Below are positions 1-9,600 of a stretch of 20,000 nt of DNA, piece by piece. The stretch lies in IMG/VR virus record IMGVR_UViG_2651870323_000004; one strand, 5' to 3'. The DNA comes from an uncultured virus (IMG/VR IMGVR_UViG_2651870323_000004). Taxonomy: Duplodnaviria; Heunggongvirae; Uroviricota; Caudoviricetes. Both the position numbers and the translations under genes were made by a program. The stretch's first letter is position 1. Each line of letters starts with the position of its first letter. Below the pieces are notes generated by a model. That model had not been told where the DNA came from, ran no database searches, and worked only from the letters and a program-made list of their open reading frames with translations.

Positions 1-522
1 GAATGTGGAAACCGCAGTGGCCCATTCGCGCGTGGCGGATTGCTCTGTGGCCTGACCTTTGGGGGCTTGGCGCTGGGCCGATGCCGCCCTGAATTTTTCC
101 TGACCCTCCGGAGTGCTGGTGTCGATCCAGCCCTGAGTTCGCATGCACGCTCCGGTTAGCTCTGCTTCGCGCTGGCGGGCGGCTGACACGGCGTAGGCGT
201 TGGCGATATTCGCACCCATATTCGCACCCGTCGCATATCCAGAAGCCAAACCGCCGGACGGCGTGGTGTTTCCCTGGAACGTGCTGACGTTTCCATAGCT
301 CGAAACGGTGCCCGTGGTGTTGTATCCGGTCGGCGCCGGTGCGGGCATGTACGCCTGCAATTTGGGCATCGGCGTTCGTCCAGCAGCGTAGCTTTCGCAC
401 TCGGCCAGCGCCATCGTCGCGCCGTCGTGGCCTTCGCCCGCTCGCGCCGGGTGCTGCCATTTCGCAGTGCTTGCGCAGCCTGACAGCACCGCCAGAACCA
501 TTGCCGAAATCGCGTAGCGCAT
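1..522 (-). CDS. Putative lipoprotein (prophage accessory gene), 3' end runs off the window
   Basis: Hand translation from ATG at 522: MRYAISAMVLAVLSGCASTAKWQHP..., open to base 1. Hydrophobic leader ending in a lipobox LSGC, with purine-rich GGGGAAG upstream. Not in the ORF track, presumably because there is no stop in the window. Confidence 0.8.
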   Translation of the reverse strand, partial: MRYAISAMVLAVLSGCASTAKWQHPARAGEGHDGATMALAECESYAAGRTPMPKLQAYMPAPAPTGYNTTGTVSSYGNVSTFQGNTTPSGGLASGYATGANMGANIANAYAVSAARQREAELTGACMRTQGWIDTSTPEGQEKFRAASAQRQAPKGQATEQSATREWATAVSTF

Positions 523-628
523 CTTGCTTCCCCCTGAGTTTTCGTGCGCGGGAACTGTATCAGACCCCTATCGACGGGCTGCGTGCCAAGCCTGCCAGCC
601 TTCCAGGGTTCACTTCAGAGGTGTGTCT

Positions 629-3600
629 ATGTCCCAGGATTTGCTCGCGATGGCGCGAGGTGATGGCGATGCTGCGGCCGGCGGCGGCTCCGACCTTTTC
701 GAGATGGCCGGCTTCAGGCCCCAGCCCAAGAAGCCCGCAGAGCGCACCTGGGGCGAGGCAGCGACCGATACCGTGGTGCAGCTGGCCGAGGGCGTGAACA
801 ACATCGCCGGGGCTGTGCCCAACCTGTTCGCGCCGCAGTCCGGGGTTGCGTCCTTCTTCCGGGACAATGCCGACCACTGGCGCGGGGAGCAGAGCGAGGC
901 CCTGCGCCGCAAGGTCGCCGACGCGGACGCCCAGATCGCGCAGGCGAACCAGGATTCCATCGTGGACCAGGCCGTGGCCGCCGCGAAGGCCTACAGCAGC
1001 GATCCGGCGCTGGCGGCGCGGTTCGTCACCACCAACCTGCCCAGCATGCTCCCGGGCGTGGCCGCGGCCAAGGCGGCGCAGGTCGCGCGTCTCGCGGGCG
1101 GCGCCAGCGCGGCCGTCGCGGCGGGCACGGCCACCACGGCGGCGGGCGTGACCAATGCCGTGCTCAATGCTGGTGGAGCCCGGGGCGAGGCCTTCGAGGA
1201 CATCCGCGACGCGCTCGTGAAGAAGGGCCATAGCCGCGAGGAGGCGGAGCGCATGGCGCTTGAGCGCTCGCGCATTCCGGCCGCCGTTGGCGCGGCCACC
1301 GGCTTCCTGTCCGGGAAGATCGGGCTTGAGCACGCCGTGGTGGGCGGCGGCGGCGCCCGTGGCGGGCTGGCGGCCGGGGCGCGCTCGGTGGCGGCGGAGT
1401 TGCTGGGCGAGCAGGCGGAGGAGGTGCTGCCCCAGGTCGCGACGAACTACCAGGCCAGCGACATCGACCAGCGGCCGCTATCCCGGAACGTAGGCCGCAC
1501 AGCCGTGGAAACGGCCATCGGTTCGGCGCCGGGCGCGGGCGTGTCGGGCGCTATGACCGCGCTGCGCCGCGGTGATGCCGCCGCTGCGAAGACGGAAGAG
1601 GGCACGCCACCAGCAGAGGCGGGCACGCCTGCGGAAGACATGCTCCCCGACTCGCTGCCGGACCAGCCGGCGCGCCGCTCGGGCCCGGCGGCTGACGCTG
1701 CCGACACGGCCGCGGCTGTCACGCGGCTGGCGGAGCTGGAGGTCATCGACGGCAGCGTGGGCCTGAGCGAAGAGCAGAAGGTCGAACGGGCGGTGCTGGC
1801 CGAGCGCGTGGAGCGTGCCGCCGCGCGAGAGGAGGAGCTGGAGGCCATCGGCGAGACGCCCGAGGAAGCGGCCGGTGCTGCGGCACCGCGGCCCGAAGCT
1901 GCGCCCGCGGCGGAAGCAGCCCAGCCCGGAGATGCCAGCGCAGCGGGAGCTTCCCAGGATGGCAGCCAGCTGCAGCAGGAGCTGCGGGCTGTAGCCCAGC
2001 GATCGAGCGGCGACACGCGGCGCAACGCGGTGGAGCTGCTGGCCCGACTGGAGGGCGGCGGTATGCCGGCCCATGTGCAACGTTTCGTGGAGCGCGAGGC
2101 CGCCGAGCTGGTGGCCACTGCGCAGGCCGCGCCGGCCGAGGCTGCTGGTGCTGCGCCGGGCGCTGCTGCGGCTCCGACCGCCCCGGATCGGCTGACCCCA
2201 CAGGAACGCCAGGAATTCGAGCGCGCCTACCGCCGCCCGGTAGCCGACCCGCTGGGCGAGCTGCAGGACCGCGTGCGCGCTGGCTCGGCCTACACCCAGG
2301 CCGGCGACGTGCAGCAGCTGCGCGATCAGTTGGAAGACGCCTGGCTCGAGCTGAACGTGGCGACCGAGACGCAACAGCCCGCGGCGGCGCCCGCGCAGAT
2401 CGACGGCGAGGCGATCCACCGCGTGGACGCCCAGCTGCGCACCCGGCGCATCCGCGACGCCCTGCAGAACCTGCTGGACGAGGACGTGGGCAACACGGTG
2501 CAGATCGTGGGCCGGCTCGATGGCGCGCTGGAGAAGATCGGCGAGCCGGGGCTGGATGACGGCGAGCGCCAGGCCGTGCGCCGCGTGGCGGACGCCTACT
2601 TCGGCTTTCGCGGGGCTCGCGAGCGCTCGCCCCTGCCCAAGCCCGTGGAGCGGGCCGAGGACTGGGGCGCGGACAACAGCAGCATGGAAGCGCTCATCCA
2701 GGAACGCGGGGCGCCGCGTGCGCGCAGCCGGGACCGGTCGGGGTATGCGCCTGCTGCCGAAAGTGCCCGATCGACTGCCGCCGCGCCGGCGGTGGACGCC
2801 TTCGATCCTGGCGCAGTTCGCGCCAAGACCTGGCCGCAGTTCGTGGCCGAACGCGGCGAGAACGTGGCGCGGCTGCGCCGGGGCTCGCCCGCGTGGGATC
2901 GCCTGCAGAACGAGTGGGCCGCCGTGAAGACGAAGCGCGCCGGCACGAACCCCGAGGGCACTGGCGCCGTGGGCGCGGCTACCCCCGAGATCCAGAACCG
3001 CGACCGGGCCCGACCCGCCAGCGTGGTGCAGATGCAGGGCATGGCCCAGAGCCCCGACTACATGCGCCTGGGTCCGTCGCGCAGCCCCGAGACGGGTGCG
3101 CCCATGGTGTTCGCCGTGGGCGACCAGGTGCACGCCGCGCACGCGATCGGCCGGGGCGACACGGCGGTGATGAGCGACGGCCAGCGCGTGCCGTTCCAGT
3201 ACGCGGTCATGGAAGCCGGCGACGTGCAGCCGTCCAACTTCGCCGACGGCGGGGTGAACCCGCTCTTCGACGCTGCACACCCGGGAACGGTGAAGGCGCT
3301 GAACAACGGGCGCACCGCGGGGCTGCGCGCGGCATACGAGCGCGGCACGGCCGACAGCTACCGGCAGGAGCTGATGGCCGACAGCGCCATGCACGGCATC
3401 GACCCGCAGGTGATCGCCGGCATGCGCGCGCCCATGCTGGTGCGCCTCTACTCGGAGCGCGACAACCAGGCCAACATGGGCGCCAAGAGCCAGAGCCAGG
3501 CCCTGGGGCTGTCGGCCGCCGAGCAGGCCGCCACGGACGCCGCGCTGCTGGATACCGGCGTGCTCGACGTGCTCGAGGCGGGCGACCTGGCCGGCGCCGC

Positions 3601-6600
3601 GAACCGCGATTTCGCACGGGCGTTCGTCGGCAAGCTGCAGGCCGAGGGCCAGGACGTGGCCGGCATGCTCGATGCCGGCGGCGCGCTCTCGCCCGCAGGC
3701 GTGGTGCGGCTGCAGGCTGCCCTCGTGCACAGGGCCTACAGCGATGGCGATCTGGTCGAATCCATGTTCGGCAGCACGGACAACGACATCCGCGCCATCG
3801 GCGAGGCACTGAAGGACGTGGCGGGCGAGTGGGCGAATCTGCGCCAGGCGGCTGCCGCTGGCGCCGTGAACCCACAGGTGGACGTGACGGGCAACCTGCT
3901 TCAGGCCATCCGGCTGGTGCAGAAGGCGCGGCGCGAGCGCGCATCCCTCTACGACGCGATCAACCAGGTGGACATGGTGACGGGCGACGTGCCCGACCCC
4001 ATGACCGTGGGCGTGCTGCGCATGCTCTATTCCGGCCAGTACCTGACGCGGGCCGTGGGCCGGGACCGGCTGGCCGACTCCCTGCGCGAATACATGGCCG
4101 CGGCCTTGGCGACGCGCGCGGGCGGTGATATGTTCGGCGAGCAGGTCGGCCCTGACGCCATCCTTTCCGCGTTGAGCGGCCAACCAACCACCCAGACCAC
4201 CAATGCAGCAAGCCCCCAACCTTCCGGACAATCCGCACCCGCAGCCCCGCAAGGCGAGCGAGGAGCCCCTGGCCGCGACCCTGCTGGCCGCGGTGCTGAT
4301 GAGCCAGGGCAGCAAGCACGGCGACCGGAACCAGATCGAGCAGGGCCGCGCCCTGATGAAGATGGCGGACGCGGCGAAGGGCAAGATGCCCAAGATCCCC
4401 GCGGACAGCCGGATGGGCAAGGCGATCGCGGAGCTGCAGAAGACGGCCGTGGCGCAGTAGCGCCAGACCTCGAACTTTCCAGCTACACCCCACGGGAAGT
4501 CACAGCGCGCGAGGACGCGCAGCAGGAGTCCGCCCAGGCCCGGGCGAAAGCCGACGCGAAGGCTGATGCCGACGCGCGCGCCGAGCGCGAGCGCCGCGAG
4601 GTATCCGCCCGGATGGAGGCCAGCGCCGAGAACTTCGAGCTGGGCGAGGATGCGGACGACGCCCTGAGCGGGCAGCGCCCCATGTTCAGCCGCGCAGCCG
4701 CGCCCGAGAGCGAGGCGTTCAAGAAGTGGTTCGGGGACAGCAAGGTGACGGAGAGCGGCAAGCCGGGTGGCCGCCCGCTCGTGATGTACCGCGGATCGCC
4801 CAACGAGAACGCGGCCCCGTCCCGGCCCGGGGCCCTTATCTTCCTGTCGCCAGACCCTGCGTTTGCCGAGCACTACGCGGCCGGCGGTGCCACCTATCCG
4901 CTGTACGTCAAGGCTGAACGGCCCTTCGACGCTTCCCGTGGGGAAGGCCTCGCGCTGTGGCGCAAGTACGCCGAGGAGACGGGCGCGGCATCGTGGGCCA
5001 CCTCGGGGACGGAGCGCGGAGCGCTGCCGGTCTGGCAGCAGGAGCCGGAACTGCGAAAGTGGCTGGACCGTGCTGGTGTTCAGTACGACGGGATCTGGTT
5101 TGCCGAGTCGAACGGTGGGGCATCGCTCGCGGTGCTGGCACAGGCTCAGGTCAAGTCGGCCACTGGAAACATCGGCACGTTCGACCCGTCGAACCCGGAC
5201 ATCCGCTTCAGCTTCGCCGGCAGGAACGCACGCAGCGCCGACCTGGGCGAGCTGGAGCGCGCCGAGGCCATGGCGCGCAGCGGCATGTCCAGCGCCGTCA
5301 TCCAGCAGGAAACCGGCTGGCACCGCGGCGTGGATGGCCGCTGGCGCTTCGAGATCAGCGATGACACCGCCGAATTCCGCCGGGCCGAGACGCGGCCGGA
5401 GGATCTCGTGGAGGTGGAGCGCCAGGTGCGCGAGGCGGCGACCGTCACCCAGGACGACGAACTGCACACCGCCCAGCTGGACGAAGGCGACGGCGTGCTG
5501 CGGGCCTACAGCACCACCCGAGAGGGGGCGCTGGCCAACCTTGTGGACCGCGTGGCGCGGGCCCGCTTCGGCGTGGAGTTCGACATCGCGAAGGTGAAGG
5601 ATGGACAGGTGGAGGCGCTGACCGACGTGCTGCGGCATCCGGCGCTGTTCGCCGCCTATCCGTTTCTGCGGGGGCTGAAGGTTTACTTCCGCAGGGGGCG
5701 AGACGCCCGCGAGTTCGGCTCCTACGACGAGACCCACCGGGCCGTCACGCTGAACGCGGATCGCGCTCCAGGAGAGGTGCTGTCCACGCTGCTGCATGAA
5801 CTCCAGCACGCGATCCAGTACCGTGAAGGCTTCGCGCTGGGCGGCAACATGGACGCCGACTTCACGAGCAGCGTGCGCAAGACCCTGCGCGAGATGGCCG
5901 AGGGCGAAGCGCGGGCGGTGGAGGCGTGGAAGGCGAAGCACCCGGACTTGATGGAGAACGCTGAGAAGGCGGCCGCCGTGGTGCGCGATGCCCTCATGTA
6001 CGAATCCATGGAGCGGCTGCTGTCCTACTCGGAGCGCGACAAGCCCAGCGGCGTGTTCCGGCTCATCCGCAACGAGATGCAGTGGATCTACAACACGACG
6101 CACTGGCTTGACCCGGTGGCGGTCGAGCTGCAGCGGCGGTTCTACGGGATGCCCAAGAGCGGCGCAAAGCGCAACGCCTACATCCGGGACATGGCCTTCG
6201 ATGCGCAGAAGTGGCTGCGAAGCACCATCGCGCCTGAGAACCTGGCAGCGTTCAAGGCCGACGAGCGCACGATGAAAGGGATGATCGGCGCGCTGCGCCG
6301 GCACGCCGACAAGGCGCGCGCCGCGCTGGAGCCCCTGCGAGAGCAGGAGGGCCGGGCCCGGGTAGCCGAGGCCCTGGAACGGAAGTTCGAGTTCGGATCG
6401 CCCTACGACATCTACCGCTCCCTCGCCGGTGAGGTAGAAGCGCGCACCACGCAGGCACGGCAGGGGCTCACGGAGGCAGAACGCCGTGCACGGCCCGTGC
6501 AGGCCGACATGGACGTGTCGCCGGCCGAGGCCATCGTGGTGGTGGGCGGCCACGAAATGCGCCTGCCGGACGTGCAGCAGGATCGCGGCGCGCCCGGGCC

Positions 6601-9600
6601 GGCCGATGACTTCGACGTGGACGCGTTCCTGCGCACGATGCAGGAGGCCCCGGCCGTGCCCGACGAGGCGAAGGCCCAGGCCGTGGCCCGCACGGAATCC
6701 GCCGCGGCTGCGATCCGCTCCGCGTGGGCGAACGGCCCCGAGGTGGTCGTGGCGTTCGACATGGCCGACCCGAAGGTGCCGCAGCAGGTGCGCGATGCCG
6801 ACCTGAGCCAGCGCAGCCGCGGCGCCGGGGGCTCGCCGGAGGGGTTCTACTTCGGCGGGAAGGTGTACCTGCTGGCCGAGCAGTTGCCGCGCGACCAAGA
6901 CGTGGCCCGCGTGCTCATGCATGAGGCGCTAGGCCACCACGGGCTCGCCGGGGTGTTCGGCTCGGGGCTCGATGCGGTGCTGCAGCAGCTCGTCCAGGCG
7001 CGGCCCGCCGAGGTGCGACGCAAGGCGGCGGAGTACGGTCTGGACTACGGCGACCGGGCCCAGCGGATGCAGGCGGCCGAGGAGGTGCTGGCCGAGATGG
7101 CGCAGGCCCGTCCGGAGCTGGGCTTCGTGCAGCGCGCGGTGGCCGCCGTGCGCAGCTGGGCGCGGGCGCACATCCCGGGCTTCGCCGACTTGCGGATGAC
7201 GGACGCCGAGATCGTCCGGGACTTCATCCTGCCGGCCCGGGGCTGGGTCGAGCGCGGGCGCCAGGCAGACGCAGCGCCGGCAGCCGCTGGCGGCGCGCCC
7301 GCCCTGGCCTTCAGCCTGCCAGCTGACGCGCTGGCCCAGGCCCGGGCGAAGTGGGCCGGGCTGGTCGATCAGTTCGTCCGTGGCGGGCTGGACGAAACGA
7401 AGACCTACGAGGTGCTGCCATCGTCCACGGCGGTGATGAAGATGTTGGGGCTGCCGGATCTGCCCGCGCACGCCGGTGTGCACGCCATGGACGCGCTCTA
7501 CAACCATGGCGTGAAGCCGTCGCAGATGAAGCAGATCCTGGACGAGCTGGCGAACCCGCGCATGGTCATGGTTTGGAACAAGGGCAGCCGCGGCGACGCG
7601 AGCCTGAATTTCGTCACGTCGATGAGCAACCCGCAGGGTCAGCCGTTCGTGATCGCCATCAAGCCCAACCGGGGCTCGGTGAAGGGGCGCTTCCACTGGG
7701 TGGCCACCGTCACGGAGAAGCAGCCGCGCGCGATCCTGGACATGGTGAGGGAAGGGGGGGCAATGTACGCTGGCGAGGGTGCCATCGCGGGAATCTCCGA
7801 GGCGGAGATGCGGGAAGCGTTGCGCTTCGCCAAAGAAAAACGAGGCAAGGAAGCCAGAGGACTGATGCAAGCAATTGGCACCAGTTATAGCTTACCGAAC
7901 CTCGTCCAGCGCGTATTGTACGCAAAGGATCTGGAAGCGTTCAAGGGGGAGCAGGCGGGCCCGGCAATGTTCAGCCGTGCGCCGGCCGGTGCCGCACAGG
8001 CAGCGCAGCCGGCGCAGGGGCTGCTGGCCCGCCTGCAGGACCGCGTGCGCCAGCTGACCAGCCCCGAGGCGGTGGACAGCTGGCTCTACAACTGGCAGGA
8101 CAAGTTCATCGACCTGAAGCGCATCCAGGACCAGATCAAGGCTCTGAACGGCACCGTCAGCGAGACGAACGACGCCTACCGCGGCGAGGAGCTGTACCAC
8201 AAGCGCGTGGCGAAGCGCACGGCCAACTTCCTGCGCGACGAGGTGCGGCCGCTGCTGGCCGCCATGAACGACGCGAAGGTGGGCATGGAGGAATTCGAGC
8301 GCTTCCTGCACGCGCGGCACGCTCCGGAGGCGAACCGCGTGCTGGCCGAGCGCAACCCGAGTAAGCAGGAGCTGGACCAGAAGCGCGCCGACGCCGCCAA
8401 GACCGTGGCGGACCTGCGCCGGCAGTTGCAGCACGCCCGGGCGTCCGGCTCGGTCATCAGCGGCATCCAGCGTTCGCTGGGGCTCGCCATGGCCGAGGCT
8501 GACCGCTGGAACAGCGCCGAAGCGTTCAAGGGCACGGAGGAGGACCGCCTGTCCCTGTCCGGCATGAGCGACGCCGAGGCCAAGAACGTCATGGGGGGCT
8601 ACAGCCCGGAGCAGCGCAAGGTGATGGACGCCTTGGCCACCCGGGTGGATCGGATGAACAACATCACGCTGCAGACGCTCGAGCAGTACGGCCTGATGGA
8701 TCGCCTGTCGATCGAGGCCTGGCGCAAGACCTACCAGCACTACGTCCCGCTGCACCGCGACGAGGCCCGGCCGGACAGCAAGGCTCATCCGATCGGGCAG
8801 GGCTTTTCGACGAAGGGCGACGCATCGAAGCGGCGCACCGGCTCCAACGAGAAGGTGACGAACATCCTGAGCCACCTGGTGATGCAGCGCGAGGCGGCGC
8901 TGACCCGCGGCGAGAAGAACAACGTGATGAAGCGCCTCTACGTGCTCGCGGCGCAGAACCCCGACGAGAGCCTGTGGTCCCTGGAGCTGCCCAAGAAAAA
9001 GGCCATCGACCCGGATACGGGGCTGGTGCGCACCATGCCGGACATCGGGGCGCGCCTGCGCGACAACGTGCTGACGCTGCGCATCGGGGGCAAGGACAAG
9101 CACATCATCTTCAACGAGCGCAACGAGCGGGCGGCCCGCCTGGCGCTCGCCATGAAGAACCTGGACGCCACGGAACTGGACCGCTTTACCCGCACGATGG
9201 GGCACCTCACGCGATGGTTCGCGGCGGTAAACACCCAGTACAACCCGATTTTCGGCGTGCTTAACCTGGCGCGCGACGTGCAGGGTTCGCTGCTGCAGCT
9301 GTCGTCCACCCCGTTGGCGGGCCGGCAGCGCGAGGTGTTCAAGAACATCCGCAGCAACATGCTTGACATCTACCGGGATCTCCGGCGAGAGCGCCGCGAA
9401 AGTGGGGCGGGGCAGGGGCCGTGGGCCCGGCTCTGGGAGCAGCTGCAGCTGGACGGCGGCACTACTGGCTATCGCGACCTCTACACCAAGCCCGAGGACC
9501 GCGCGGCGGCCCTGCGCAAGGCGCTCGAGCGGCAGGGCGAGGGTGGCGCGAAGGCCATGGTGCGCGGCGTGGGGGAGTGGCTGTCCGACTTCAATGAGAC

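Noticed and set aside
572..589. Sigma54 promoter on the minus strand (TGGCACG)
   Set aside because: The -12 TTGC element is absent at the required spacing.
524..628. TTG start at 524 for the giant ORF
   Set aside because: No RBS and it abuts the divergent gene; ATG 629 has GAGGTG upstream.
2893..4128. Other same-strand alternative-frame ORFs in the giant gene (also 4957-5364 and 7351-7890)
   Set aside because: Arg/Gly-rich off-frame readings; codon bias stays with the main frame, unlike 4203-4460.
1478..6922. 1814-aa minus-strand ORF (likewise 7892-11026 and 17157-19760)
   Set aside because: Antisense shadows of high-GC3 genes; no recognisable motifs.
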